Shown here: in pieces, positions 26,859-37,729 of the stretch
Position numbering within the stretch: position 1 is the stretch's first letter
Layout: each line of letters opens with the position of its first letter
NCBI GenBank assembly: GCA_036272395.1
Contig: DATAYT010000216.1
Span: forward strand, 1-58,151
From: Xanthobacteraceae bacterium
Lineage (GTDB): Bacteria; Pseudomonadota; Alphaproteobacteria; Rhizobiales; Xanthobacteraceae
Length of the DNA stretch: 58,151 bases
Direction of reading: 5' to 3'
Program-made: the position numbers and the translations under genes
The notes under the pieces: model-generated
The model's database searches: none
What the model saw: the letters and a program-made list of their open reading frames with translations, nothing else
What the model was told of the DNA's origin: nothing

Positions 26859-27811
26859 TGCACACTGCCGCTCGCTTGGTTGCCGTCATCCTCGTCGCGC
26901 TGGCCGGTGCCGCCGCCGCGCAACAAAAACAACAGGAAAAACCTCCCATCGATCCGACGCCGCCGGGCTCGCTCAGTCCCGAGCTGCTGCCGCCGCTCGA
27001 ACATCCGAACGCCACGACCCCGGCCAAGGAATTTTTTGCACGCAAACCGACGCCGTTTCCCGGCCCCGCGCGCTCGATCGGCGGCTATTCCGACGGCTGT
27101 CTCGCCGGCGCCGCGCCGCTACCGGTCAACGGCCCGTCCTGGCAGGTCATGCGGCTGTCGCGCAACCGCAACTGGGGCAATCCGGATCTCGTGCGCTTCA
27201 TTGAGCGCTTTGCCAATAAAGCCAAGAAAGCCGGCTGGAACGGTCTTCTGATCGGCGACATGTCGCAGCCGCGCGGCGGGCCGATGATTTCAGGCCATAC
27301 CAGCCATCAGGTTGGGCTGGACGCCGACATCTGGTTCACGCCGATGCCGGACCATGTGCAAAGCCGCGAAGAGCGCGAATTCACCTCGGCGACCAATATC
27401 GTCGCAGCCGATCAGCTCGATGTCGATCCGCAAATCTGGACGCCGACCTACACCGCGCTGATCCGCACCGCCGCCAAGGATCCGGCGGTGACTCGCATCT
27501 TCGTCAATGCCGCGATCAAGAAGGCGCTGTGCCGCGAGGCTGGCTCGGATCGCGATTGGCTGCAGAAAGTGCGGCCGTGGTACGGCCATGCCGAGCACTT
27601 TCACGTCCGCATCGCTTGTCCGGCGGACAGTCCCGATTGCAAGCCACAGCCGCCGCCCGATGAGAGCGATGGCTGCGGTCACGAGCTCGATTACTGGTTC
27701 AAGGAATCGACCCTGCATCCGACGCCGCCGCTTATTCCCCCGAAGCCGAAGCCGCCGCTGACGCTCGTCGGCTTGCCGCCGGCGTGCAAGGCGATCGCGG
27801 GCGCGCCGTAG
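26858..27811 (+). CDS. mepA: Penicillin-insensitive murein endopeptidase
   Basis: Signal peptide. Peptidase M74 motifs GGPMISGHTSHQVGLDADIWF and GHAEHFHVRIACP. Confidence 0.9.
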   Translation: MHTAARLVAVILVALAGAAAAQQKQQEKPPIDPTPPGSLSPELLPPLEHPNATTPAKEFFARKPTPFPGPARSIGGYSDGCLAGAAPLPVNGPSWQVMRLSRNRNWGNPDLVRFIERFANKAKKAGWNGLLIGDMSQPRGGPMISGHTSHQVGLDADIWFTPMPDHVQSREEREFTSATNIVAADQLDVDPQIWTPTYTALIRTAAKDPAVTRIFVNAAIKKALCREAGSDRDWLQKVRPWYGHAEHFHVRIACPADSPDCKPQPPPDESDGCGHELDYWFKESTLHPTPPLIPPKPKPPLTLVGLPPACKAIAGAP

Positions 27812-27817
27812 TTTCCG

Positions 27818-28396
27818 TCACAATCCCGGTGTTCCAAAGAGCATCCGCTGCGCCAGCGCCGCGCCATACAACAGGCCGCCGGCGCAGATGACAACGATCA
27901 CGGTGAAATTGGCGGCTTGTCCTTCGGGCACTTTGGTCAGTCGCGGCACCCCGAGCCAGAACAGATAAATGCCGTAAACGCCGGTGAGCAAGAGAAAACG
28001 CAAGCCCGGCAGCAGTAGAAATAGTCCAGCGAGCCAGAGCGGCGTAAACGAGTAGACCCCGAGCTTGAACGCGCTCTCGAAGTCGCGGCGCCCGCCGAAC
28101 AGCGGCGCCAAAAGGTCAATAATCAGACCGAGCAGCAGCACAATGGCGCAGCTCGTCGCGTAGTTGAAAATCGCACCGAACAGTCCGTCGAAGAGATCGA
28201 CGCGGAGAGTGGCGCCCGACGGCGCGATCACGCCGATCAGCGTTGCGCCGACAAAGCTGGAAAGGGCAGGGATCAGCGCCAGCACGGCGACATAGCGGCT
28301 GAGCAGATAGGCCGGATCGCCGATGTCCTTTTCGATTCCGGGCCAGGCCGCGGCCGGATCGATCAGGATCGCCCTGGCGCGCACGAACGCGTTCAT
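27818..28396 (-). CDS. Yip1-family membrane protein
   Basis: The N-terminus AILIDPAAAWPGIEKDIGDPAYLLSRYVAVLALIPA is followed by 5 TM helices. ATGA overlap with the upstream GMC gene. Confidence 0.75.
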   Translation of the reverse strand: MNAFVRARAILIDPAAAWPGIEKDIGDPAYLLSRYVAVLALIPALSSFVGATLIGVIAPSGATLRVDLFDGLFGAIFNYATSCAIVLLLGLIIDLLAPLFGGRRDFESAFKLGVYSFTPLWLAGLFLLLPGLRFLLLTGVYGIYLFWLGVPRLTKVPEGQAANFTVIVVICAGGLLYGAALAQRMLFGTPGL

Positions 28397-30078
28397 GCTG
28401 CCAGCGCCTTCACTTCTTCGCGCAACAGCGCGGCGCCTTTCTCGGCGATCATCATGGTCGGCGCGTTGGTATTGCCGGAGGTGATCGCCGGCATCACCGA
28501 CGCGTCGATCACGCGCAGGCGCTCGATGCCGGCAACGCGCAGGTGCTCGTCGACTACCGTCATCGGATCGCTGGACAGGCCCATTTTCGCGGTACCGACC
28601 GGATGAAAGATCGTCGTGCCGATATCGCTGGCGGCTTTCACCAGGCCCGCTTCATCGTCATCGCGAACGGCGGCGCCGGGCAAGTATTCCTCAGGATGAA
28701 AGCGCGCCAACGCCGGTTGCGCTGCAATCCGCCGTGTGAGCCGGATCGCGCTTGCGGCGATACGGCGGTCCTCGTCGGTCGAGAGATAATTCGGTTTAAT
28801 CATTGGCGGATCGGCGGGCTCGCGCGAACGCAGCCGCAAAGTGCCGCGGCTTGTCGGCCTCAAGTTGCTGACGCTCGCGGTAAAGGCCGGAAATTTGTGC
28901 AGCGGCTCGCCGAAGCGCTCGAGCGACAGCGGCTGAATGTGATACTGCAGATTGGCGCGCGGCTGATCGCGATCGGATCGCGTAAACAGGCCGAGCTGCG
29001 ACGGCGCCATCGTCAGCGGACCGCGGCGGAACAGGACATATTCGGCGAGCATGCCGACAAAACCGAGCGGCGCGTGATAGCGCTCGTTGAGCGTGGTGAT
29101 GCCCTGCACTTTGTAGATCAGTCGCAGCTGCAAATGATCCTGCAGATTGGCGCCGACGCCTGGCCGATCGAGCAACACATCGATGCCGTGTGCGCGTAAG
29201 TGTTCGGCAGGGCCGATGCCGGACAGCATCAAGATTTGCGGCGATCCGATCGCGCCCGCGGCGAGCACGACTTCGCCACAGCAGCGCGCGCTGCGCAGTG
29301 CGCCAGCCTGCCGCCAGCGCACGCCGACGGCGCGGCGGCCTTGGAAAATCAAGCCTTCGACCAGGCAGCCGGTCTCGAGCCGCAGATTGGCGCGGTTGAG
29401 CACCGGCTTGAGGAAAGCGCGCGCCGCGGAGACGCGCCGGCCGCGCCGCTGATTGACATGAAAGGCGCAGCAGCCTTCGTTGTCGCCGCAGTTGAAATCG
29501 GCGATGGATTTGATCCCGGCCTGTTCGGCAGCGTCGCGAAAAGCGTCAAGCAGATCCCAGCGCACTCGCGGCGCTTCGATGTGCCATTCGCCGCCGATCG
29601 CATGCACGGCGCTTTCGCCCATGAAATGGTTTTCATGGCGCTTGAAGTACGGCAGCACATCGTCCCAGCCCCAGCCGTTGAGCCCGAGCTGCCGCCAGTG
29701 ATCGTAGTCGGCAGCCTGGCCGCGCATATAGACCATCGCGTTGATGGCCGATGAGCCGCCGATCACCTTGCCGCGCGGATAGTTCAAGCTGCGGCCGTTC
29801 AACCCCGGCTCTGGCTCGGTCCTGAAACACCAATCGGAACGCGGATTGCCGATGGCGAACAAATAGCCGACCGGGATGTGAAACCAGATCCAGTTGTCAT
29901 TGCCGCCGGCCTCGAGGATCAGTACGCGCTTGTCGGGATCGGCGGACAAACGATTGGCGAGCAAGCAACCCGCCGAGCCGGCGCCGGCGATGACGTAGTC
30001 GTACTCGCCGTCGATCCGCTCGGCCGTTGTCAGTTGCTCTTGTGTCACCTGCTCTTGCGCCACATCACGCTCCCGCAA
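28393..30078 (-). CDS. GMC-family FAD oxidoreductase (choline dehydrogenase-like)
   Basis: DYVIAGAGSAGCLLANRLS ADP-binding motif, GMC signature GGSSAINAMVY, and C-terminal HPVGTAKMG. Confidence 0.92.
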   Translation of the reverse strand: MRERDVAQEQVTQEQLTTAERIDGEYDYVIAGAGSAGCLLANRLSADPDKRVLILEAGGNDNWIWFHIPVGYLFAIGNPRSDWCFRTEPEPGLNGRSLNYPRGKVIGGSSAINAMVYMRGQAADYDHWRQLGLNGWGWDDVLPYFKRHENHFMGESAVHAIGGEWHIEAPRVRWDLLDAFRDAAEQAGIKSIADFNCGDNEGCCAFHVNQRRGRRVSAARAFLKPVLNRANLRLETGCLVEGLIFQGRRAVGVRWRQAGALRSARCCGEVVLAAGAIGSPQILMLSGIGPAEHLRAHGIDVLLDRPGVGANLQDHLQLRLIYKVQGITTLNERYHAPLGFVGMLAEYVLFRRGPLTMAPSQLGLFTRSDRDQPRANLQYHIQPLSLERFGEPLHKFPAFTASVSNLRPTSRGTLRLRSREPADPPMIKPNYLSTDEDRRIAASAIRLTRRIAAQPALARFHPEEYLPGAAVRDDDEAGLVKAASDIGTTIFHPVGTAKMGLSSDPMTVVDEHLRVAGIERLRVIDASVMPAITSGNTNAPTMMIAEKGAALLREEVKALAA

Positions 30079-30312
30079 CGCGTGACGGCAACATAGCAGC
30101 GTTCGCCGCCCGGGAAAGGGGCCGGCAAAGTAAACCGGAACCTCGCTTGTCGGCGCCGCCTCGCGGTCCTATCATCATTGACGGCCAACGGCGCGCCGGG
30201 CGCGCGCCGCATCACAGCCCGGAACGACGGTTCCCTTAAAGCTGGCCGCGATCAATATCAGCATTCGCAATTGTGCGCGTGCGCTGAGCGTCATGCGCAT
30301 TGGAGAGCCGCC

Positions 30313-31116
30313 GTGTCGCAGCGAACCAGCTTTTTTGCGGCGCTTGCCGCCTTACTCGTGTTGTACGCCGTGCCATTTGCCGCGCAAGCACAACAGCAAG
30401 CTCAAGACAAATCGATCCTGGTCTTTGCCGCGGCGTCGATGAAAAACGCGCTTGACGACGTCGATGCCGCTTTTGCCAAACAAACCCGCATCGCCGTGGT
30501 CGCCAGCTACGACGCGAGTTCGGCGCTGATGAAGCAGATCGAACAGGGCGCTCCTGCGGATGTTTTCATTTCCGCCGATCTGAAATGGATGGATTACGGT
30601 TCGGAGAAGAAACTGATCGATGACAAGACGCGGGTGAATTTGCTGGGTAACAAGCTTGTTCTGATCGCCGGAAAAGATTCTAAGCTGAGCAATGTGACGA
30701 TCGATCCCAGTCTCGACCTCGCCGGCCTCGCCGGCGAAGGACGGATCGCAACGGGCGATGTGCGTGCCGTGCCGGTTGGGATCTATGCCAGGGCGGCGTT
30801 GGAAAATCTCGGTCTATGGGCCGCTGTCGAGCCGAAGCTGGCGATGATCGGCAATGTCCGCGCCGCGCTGGTTCTTGTCGCGCGCGGCGAGGCGCCGCTC
30901 GGCATCGTTTACGCCACCGACGCCAAAGTCGAGCCCGCGGTGAAGGTCATCGCGATCTTTCCCGAGGACTCGCATGAGCCGATCGTCTACCCCGTGGCGG
31001 CGACGCCAAATGCCAAGCCGTCCGCGGCGCTTTATCTCGCTTTCCTGCGCTCGGCCGCGGCGCGGGCAATTTTCGAGCGCTATGGCTTTGGTGTTCTGGT
31101 CAAGCCGGTTTCATGA
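30313..31116 (+). CDS. modA: Molybdate ABC transporter substrate-binding protein
   Basis: GGAGAG SD lies before an in-frame GTG at 30313. It has a signal peptide and a ModA core (VFAAASMKNALDDV). The ORF-track start at 30178 lacks an SD. Confidence 0.88.
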   Translation: MSQRTSFFAALAALLVLYAVPFAAQAQQQAQDKSILVFAAASMKNALDDVDAAFAKQTRIAVVASYDASSALMKQIEQGAPADVFISADLKWMDYGSEKKLIDDKTRVNLLGNKLVLIAGKDSKLSNVTIDPSLDLAGLAGEGRIATGDVRAVPVGIYARAALENLGLWAAVEPKLAMIGNVRAALVLVARGEAPLGIVYATDAKVEPAVKVIAIFPEDSHEPIVYPVAATPNAKPSAALYLAFLRSAAARAIFERYGFGVLVKPVS

Positions 31117-31128
31117 GCTGCGGCACTG

Positions 31129-31824
31129 ATGCCTGAGCTTTCGCCTGCCGAATGGACCGCGGTCGAACTGTCGCTGCGCATCGCCCTTGTGGCGACTGCA
31201 TGGGCATTGCCGTTTGGGATCGCGATCGGCTGGCTGCTGGCGCGGGGCAAATTCTGGGGCAAGACCGTGTTGGATGGATTGGTTCACTTGCCGCTGGTGC
31301 TGCCGCCGGTCGTGACCGGGTACCTGTTGTTGATGTGGTTCGGCCGCAAGGGGCCGGTCGGCGCATTTCTTTATGATCATTTCGGCGTGGTTTTCGCGTT
31401 CCGCTGGACCGGCGCGGCGCTCGCGTCCGGGGTAATGGGATTTCCGCTTCTGGTCCGGCCGATCCGGCTTGCGCTTGAGACCATCGACCGGCGGCTCGAA
31501 GATGCGGCAGCAACGTTGGGCGCCAATCCGGCTCTGGTATTCTTTAGCGTGACGCTGCCGCTGGCGTTGCCCGGCATCATTGCCGGCGTGCTCTTGTGTT
31601 TTGCTCGCGCGCTCGGCGAATTTGGCGCGACCATCACTTTCGTTTCCAACATTCCCGGCGAGACGCAAACGATCTCGGCCGCGATCTACACATTCCTGCA
31701 AATTCCCGACGGCGACGCCGCGGCAGGACGGCTGGTCGTGGTCGCCATCGTCTTATCGCTCGCCGCGCTGATTGCCGCCGAATGGCTCGGCCGGCGCGCC
31801 AGCGCGCGCTTTCATGGGGAATGA
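31129..31824 (+). CDS. modB: Molybdate ABC transporter permease
   Basis: Five-TM permease with an EAA-loop region (LEDAAATLGANPALVFFSVTLPLA). Confidence 0.92.
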   Translation: MPELSPAEWTAVELSLRIALVATAWALPFGIAIGWLLARGKFWGKTVLDGLVHLPLVLPPVVTGYLLLMWFGRKGPVGAFLYDHFGVVFAFRWTGAALASGVMGFPLLVRPIRLALETIDRRLEDAAATLGANPALVFFSVTLPLALPGIIAGVLLCFARALGEFGATITFVSNIPGETQTISAAIYTFLQIPDGDAAAGRLVVVAIVLSLAALIAAEWLGRRASARFHGE

Positions 31825-32496
31825 ATGCTCGCGCTCGAGGTGGAGAAACAGCTCGGCGCCCTGCGGCTTGCGGTGCGATTCCAAATCGCCGGCGGCGTCA
31901 CGGCTTTGTTCGGCCCCTCGGGAGCCGGGAAAACCTCGCTGGTCAATATGATCGCGGGGCTGCTCAAACCGGATCGCGGCTGCATTATGCTCGACAATAC
32001 GATCCTGTTCGATGCGGCAAAGGCCATCAATGTGCCGTCGCACCGGCGCCAGATCGGCTACGTGTTTCAGGAAGGCCGATTGTTTCCGCATTTGAGCGTG
32101 CGGCAAAACCTGGATTATGGCAGACGCATGAGCGGTCGGCGGCGCGATCCGACCGAATTTGAGCGGATCGCATCGCTGCTGGGCATTACCCATCTTCTCC
32201 AGCGCCGACCGCGCATGCTGTCCGGCGGCGAACGCCAGCGCGTCGCCATTGGCCGCGCCTTGCTGATGCAGCCCCGCCTCTTGCTGCTCGACGAGCCGCT
32301 CGCCTCGCTCGATGCCGGCCACAAGGGCGAGATCCTGCCCTATCTCGTGCGCCTGCGTGATGAAGCGGCAATCCCGATGGTCTATGTCAGCCATATCGCC
32401 GCCGAGGTGCGCCAAATCGCGACCACCGTGGTGCGGCTTGATGAAGGGCGCGTCCTGGCTGCCGGCGGACTCGAACTCCTTGCCGAGGCCGGCTGA
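31825..32496 (+). CDS. modC: Molybdate ABC transporter ATPase (short form, no C-terminal TOBE/Mop domain)
   Basis: Walker A GPSGAGKTS, signature LSGGERQRV, Walker B LLLLDEP. At 223 aa it is the ABC domain only. Confidence 0.9.
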   Translation: MLALEVEKQLGALRLAVRFQIAGGVTALFGPSGAGKTSLVNMIAGLLKPDRGCIMLDNTILFDAAKAINVPSHRRQIGYVFQEGRLFPHLSVRQNLDYGRRMSGRRRDPTEFERIASLLGITHLLQRRPRMLSGGERQRVAIGRALLMQPRLLLLDEPLASLDAGHKGEILPYLVRLRDEAAIPMVYVSHIAAEVRQIATTVVRLDEGRVLAAGGLELLAEAG

Positions 32497-32514
32497 TTGC
32501 TTCATGCCGGTGCC

Positions 32515-33408
32515 ATGCAGAGCCCGCCTGATACGGCGACGTCCAAATATGCAACCGCGTGGGGCGTTGCCTGCGGCGCCGGCGCGGCCTTGTTTTGGGC
32601 GCTCGGCTTTGTCGCCGCGCGGCAGGGAGTGACCTCAGGCTTGTCGCCGCTCGTGATTGCGCTGCATCGCTTCATGTGGCCGGGTTTTGCGCTGCTGCCT
32701 TTGGTGGCTAAAAACAATTTCGCCGACCTCCGCATGATCGGGCTTGGTCGCGGCGCGGCGCTCGCGCTATTTGGCGGCTTGCCGCTCGCGCTGTTGAGCT
32801 ATGTCGGTTACATCCTTGTGCCGCTGGGCCATGGTGCGGTCATTCAGCCGTCATGTGCGGCGCTTGGCGGTCTCGTCTTGTCACGTCTAGTGCTCAAGGA
32901 GCCGTTGCCGCCGCGGCGCATTGTCGGCGCCGCGACCATCGTGATCGGCCTGGCGGTCATCGGCGCCGAAGCACTGCGGACGATCGGCGCGCACGGCGTG
33001 CTCGGCGATTTGCTCTTTGTCGCGGCGGGAAGCTGTTTCGCCATTTTCGGCGTACTGGTGCGGCACTGGCGGATCGGGGCTGTTCGGGCGACGGCGGTGA
33101 CAAGCGTGCTCTCGCTCACCGGGTTGCCGATCCTCTTGTTCAGCTTCGACAATATGCTGGCGGCCGGTTTTTATGAGAATGCCATGCAAGCCGTCGTGCA
33201 GGGCGCGTTTGCGGGCGCCGGCGCAATTTATCTGTTCACCCGCGCGGTGGTTTTGCTTGGCGCAGGCCGTGCCGTGCTGTTTCCCTCGCTGGTGCCGCCG
33301 TTCACGCTCTTGATCGGCTATCTCACGATCGGCGAAGTGCCGAGCGGTTCGCAGCTCGCCGGGCTTGTGATCGTTATCGCCGGCTTTCGGCTGACGCAAA
33401 GGGCATGA
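32515..33408 (+). CDS. EamA/DMT-family transporter
   Basis: Ten predicted TM helices with duplicated EamA repeats. I preferred ATG 32515 to TTG 32497. Confidence 0.85.
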   Translation: MQSPPDTATSKYATAWGVACGAGAALFWALGFVAARQGVTSGLSPLVIALHRFMWPGFALLPLVAKNNFADLRMIGLGRGAALALFGGLPLALLSYVGYILVPLGHGAVIQPSCAALGGLVLSRLVLKEPLPPRRIVGAATIVIGLAVIGAEALRTIGAHGVLGDLLFVAAGSCFAIFGVLVRHWRIGAVRATAVTSVLSLTGLPILLFSFDNMLAAGFYENAMQAVVQGAFAGAGAIYLFTRAVVLLGAGRAVLFPSLVPPFTLLIGYLTIGEVPSGSQLAGLVIVIAGFRLTQRA

Positions 33409-33421
33409 TGGCGAGCAGAGG

Positions 33422-34603
33422 CTACGCCGCCTTGCGCGATGTCAGGAACTCACCGATGCGATCGAGCGCCTTCACAATGTTCTCGCTCGAATTGGCGTAG
33501 GAGACCCGCACATAGCCTTCGCCGAGAATGCCGAAGTCGGGCCCGCCGATCAGCGCCACGCCGGCGTCTTCCAGGAGCGCCGACGCCAAGGCTTTGGCTT
33601 TCCAGCCGGTGCGCTTGATGTTGGGAAAGGCGTAGAACGCGCCCTTCGGCGTCGCGCAGGAAATGCCTGGGAGCTTGTTGAGGCCGGCGACCACCACTTT
33701 GCGGCGCTTGTCGAACTCGGCCACCATGCGCGCCGGCTCGTCTTGCGGGCCGGTGAGCGCGGCAAGGCCGGCATATTGCGCCGAAGCGTTGACGCAAGAG
33801 TGCAAATTGACCGCGAGCTTGCGCGCATATTCATAAAGCTTGCCCGGCCATACCGCATAACCAAGGCGCCATCCGGTCATGGCGTAGGTTTTCGACCAGC
33901 CGTTGAGCAGGATCAGGCGATCGCGGATCGACGGATAGGCGAGCAGACAGACGTGCTTTTCGCTGTCATAGACCATGTGGTCGTAGATCTCATCCGACAT
34001 GATCGCAACGTCGGGAAATCGCTCCAGCCCGGCCACGAGTTTGTCGACTTCCGCTTTCGGCGTGACGCCGCCCGTAGGATTGGCGGGCGAGTTGAGAATG
34101 AGAAGCCGCGTGCGTGTCGTGATCAGTTCTAAGGTTTCTTCGGCAGAGAAGGCGAAGTTGTTTTCCTCGCGGATCGGCACCGGTACTGGACGCGCGCCGG
34201 CATATTCGATCATCGAGCGATAAATCGGAAAACCAGGATCGGGATAAAGAATCTCGGCGCCGGGCTCGCCGAACATCAGGATCGACATGAACATAGTCGG
34301 CTTGCCGCCCGGCATGATCATCACTTCATCGGGCGAGACCTTGACGGCAAAGCGCCTGCCGAGATCGGCCGCCACCGCCTCGCGCAGCGGCAGGATGCCG
34401 ACCGCAGGCGTGTAGCCGTGGTGGCCGTCGCGCAACGCCTTGATGGCCGCTTCAACGATAAAATCGGGGGTGCGGAAATCCGGCTGGCCGATGCCCAGGT
34501 TGACGATGTCGCGCCCTTGCGCGGCAAGCTGCATGGCGCGCGCCAAAACGGCGAAGGCGTTTTCTTCGCCGATACGGTCAAAAGCGGCGACAGTCTTCAA
34601 CAT
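33422..34603 (-). CDS. Class I/II pyridoxal-phosphate aminotransferase (aspartate aminotransferase-like)
   Basis: NPANPTG and SKTYAMTGWRLGY (PLP-Lys) motifs. A G-rich SD lies before ATG 34603. Confidence 0.92.
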   Translation of the reverse strand: MLKTVAAFDRIGEENAFAVLARAMQLAAQGRDIVNLGIGQPDFRTPDFIVEAAIKALRDGHHGYTPAVGILPLREAVAADLGRRFAVKVSPDEVMIMPGGKPTMFMSILMFGEPGAEILYPDPGFPIYRSMIEYAGARPVPVPIREENNFAFSAEETLELITTRTRLLILNSPANPTGGVTPKAEVDKLVAGLERFPDVAIMSDEIYDHMVYDSEKHVCLLAYPSIRDRLILLNGWSKTYAMTGWRLGYAVWPGKLYEYARKLAVNLHSCVNASAQYAGLAALTGPQDEPARMVAEFDKRRKVVVAGLNKLPGISCATPKGAFYAFPNIKRTGWKAKALASALLEDAGVALIGGPDFGILGEGYVRVSYANSSENIVKALDRIGEFLTSRKAA

Positions 34604-34909
34604 GGCACTTCCCCCCAAAACAGGGCGGCACTTGAACCCAATCGGGCGAGAAATGCAAACGTCCCAGATCTTGTCCTATTTACTCGCATCTTCAATGACT
34701 TACTTGTAATGCGCGACACCGCTTTTGCGGTCGGGCGCGGCATATTGAGGCTACTTGCTACGGGCTGATTGTAGTTCTATCGCGCCATCTTTTTCGGCTC
34801 GCACGGTTCGCATGACGCCAACGCGATATATCTCTAGTGAGGAGAGCATCACGTCCCGCGCAGTCTGCAGCGCAGGTATAACCACATAGATTCTTTCGGA
34901 GTGAGATGA

Positions 34910-36709
34910 ATGGCCAAAGAGCACAAGTCGCAGGGCCGGTTGCGGTCGCAGTTATGGTTCGACAATCCCGACAATCCGGGAATGACCGCGCTCTATCTCG
35001 AGCGCTATCTCAATTATGGACTGACGCGCGCCGAACTGACCTCGGGCCGCCCGATCATCGGCATCGCCCAGACCGGGTCGGATTTGAGTCCGTGCAATCG
35101 CCATCACCTCGAATTGGCGCAGCGGGTGCGCGCCGGTATCCGCGACGCCGGCGGTATCGCGATCGAATTTCCAGTGCATCCGATCCAGGAAACCGGCAAG
35201 CGCCCGACCGCGGCGCTCGACCGCAATCTCGCTTATCTCGGGCTGGTCGAAGTGCTCTACGGCTATCCGCTCGACGGCGTCGTGCTGATGACTGGCTGCG
35301 ATAAGACCACACCCGCTTGCCTGATGGCCGCGGCCACAGTCAACACGCCGGCAATCGTGCTGTCTGGCGGTCCAATGCTCAACCACGTCGAGAACGGCAA
35401 ACTGATGGGCTCGGGCACGCTGATCTGGCAGGCGCGCCAAGACGAAGCAGCCGGCAAGATCGACTACAAGGAATTCATCGACATCGTCGCGCGCTCGGCG
35501 CCATCGGCGGGACATTGCAACACGATGGGCACGGCATCGACCATGAATGCGATGGCGGAGGCGCTCGGCATGTCGCTGCCGGGCTGCGCCGCTATTCCGG
35601 CGCCTTATCGAGAACGCGGACAAATTGCCTACGAGACCGGCGTGCGCGCGGTCGAGATCGTCCGCGAGGACCTCACGCCATCAGACATTCTCACCCACGC
35701 GGCCTTCGAGAATGCCATAGTCGCCTGTTCGGCGATCGGCGGTTCGACCAATGCGCCGATCCATGTCAACGCGATTGCGCGCCACGTCGGCGTCGAGCTT
35801 GCGGTCGAGGATTGGGAAAAGCTCGGCTATGGCGTGCCGCTCCTCGTCAATGCGCAGCCGGCCGGCGAATATTTGGGCGAGGATTACTATCGCGCCGGCG
35901 GCCTGCCGGCGGTGATGCATGAGCTTCACGCTGCCGGACGGCTGCGCGGGGACGCGCTCACCATCAACGGTAAGACGGTCGCTGAAAACGTAGTCCGGGC
36001 GAAAGTGTGTAATGCCGAGGTCATTCGCCCTTACAACCGGCCGCTGAAAGCGACGGCGGGGTTCAAAGTCCTGCGCGGCAACTTGTTCGATTCCGCGATC
36101 ATGAAAACAAGCGTGATCTCCGAGGAATTCCGCAAGCGTTATCTCTCCAATCCCAAGGATCCAAATGCGTTCGAAGGCCGCGCCGTCGTGTTCGATGGAC
36201 CTGAGGATTATCATCGTCGCATCGACGATCCGTCGCTTGAGATCGACGAACACACAATCCTGTTCATGCGCGGCGTCGGACCGATCGGCTATCCCGGCTC
36301 GGCCGAGGTTGTGAACATGCAGCCGCCGGCGGCGCTAATCAAAAAAGGGGTAACCTCGCTCGCCTGCATCGGCGATGGCCGGCAGTCCGGTACGTCCGGT
36401 TCGCCGTCGATTCTTAACGCCTCGCCGGAAGCGGCGGCGGGCGGTGGTCTGGCTTTGCTCAAGACCGGCGACCGGGTACGCATCGATCTCAACAAAGGCA
36501 GCGCCGATATTCTGATATCCGCCGCCGAGCTGGCCGCGCGCCAGGTGGCGCTGGAGAAAAACGGCGGCTATCAATATCCGCCGAGCCAGACGCCGTGGCA
36601 GGAAATCCAGCGCGCCATGGTCGATCAGCTTGCCGGCGGCATGGTTTTGGCTCCGGCGGTGAAATATCAGCGGGTCGCGCAGAAATCAGTGCCGCGCGAC
36701 AATCACTGA
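34910..36709 (+). CDS. IlvD/Edd-family sugar-acid dehydratase (arabonate/xylonate dehydratase-like)
   Basis: 599 aa. The N-terminus [27 protein letters not shown] is typical of the pentonate dehydratase branch. Fe-S Cys ligands are present (CNRHH, GCDKTTP). Confidence 0.93.
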   Translation: MAKEHKSQGRLRSQLWFDNPDNPGMTALYLERYLNYGLTRAELTSGRPIIGIAQTGSDLSPCNRHHLELAQRVRAGIRDAGGIAIEFPVHPIQETGKRPTAALDRNLAYLGLVEVLYGYPLDGVVLMTGCDKTTPACLMAAATVNTPAIVLSGGPMLNHVENGKLMGSGTLIWQARQDEAAGKIDYKEFIDIVARSAPSAGHCNTMGTASTMNAMAEALGMSLPGCAAIPAPYRERGQIAYETGVRAVEIVREDLTPSDILTHAAFENAIVACSAIGGSTNAPIHVNAIARHVGVELAVEDWEKLGYGVPLLVNAQPAGEYLGEDYYRAGGLPAVMHELHAAGRLRGDALTINGKTVAENVVRAKVCNAEVIRPYNRPLKATAGFKVLRGNLFDSAIMKTSVISEEFRKRYLSNPKDPNAFEGRAVVFDGPEDYHRRIDDPSLEIDEHTILFMRGVGPIGYPGSAEVVNMQPPAALIKKGVTSLACIGDGRQSGTSGSPSILNASPEAAAGGGLALLKTGDRVRIDLNKGSADILISAAELAARQVALEKNGGYQYPPSQTPWQEIQRAMVDQLAGGMVLAPAVKYQRVAQKSVPRDNH

Positions 36710-36781
36710 AACCTGGTCGGGCTTGATCGCACGCCCCGGTAGTCATCGGCACCGGGAGCGTGGCAGATTGTGGTCGCTCTA

Positions 36782-36832
36782 AAGCATGATCCCGAAAAGT
36801 GGATACCGGTTTTCGGAAAAGATCATGCGCAA
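36782..36832. repeat. Inverted copy of the 51-nt family-A REP/MITE-like element
   Basis: Its reverse complement differs from copy 16813-16863 at two bases. It sits in the leader of the next gene and produces a spurious N-terminal extension (HDPEKWIPVFGKDHAQ). Confidence 0.85.
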
Positions 36833-36880
36833 ACAGCTTTAGTGATTCGCCGCGATGAATTTACCAAGAATGAGCGCCTC

Positions 36881-37725
<845 letters not shown>

Positions 37726-37729
<4 letters not shown>

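Noticed and set aside
30079-30312. Molybdenum-cofactor riboswitch or ModE box upstream of modA
   Set aside because: No recognisable Moco-riboswitch core or TATAT-N7-TAYAT-like dyad was seen by eye. This would need a covariance-model scan.
36770-36880. N-terminal extension of the PEP-mutase-family gene (MVALKHDPEKWIPVFGKDHAQ...)
   Set aside because: The extension is encoded by the inverted family-A repeat. The family-typical N-terminus begins at ATG 36881.
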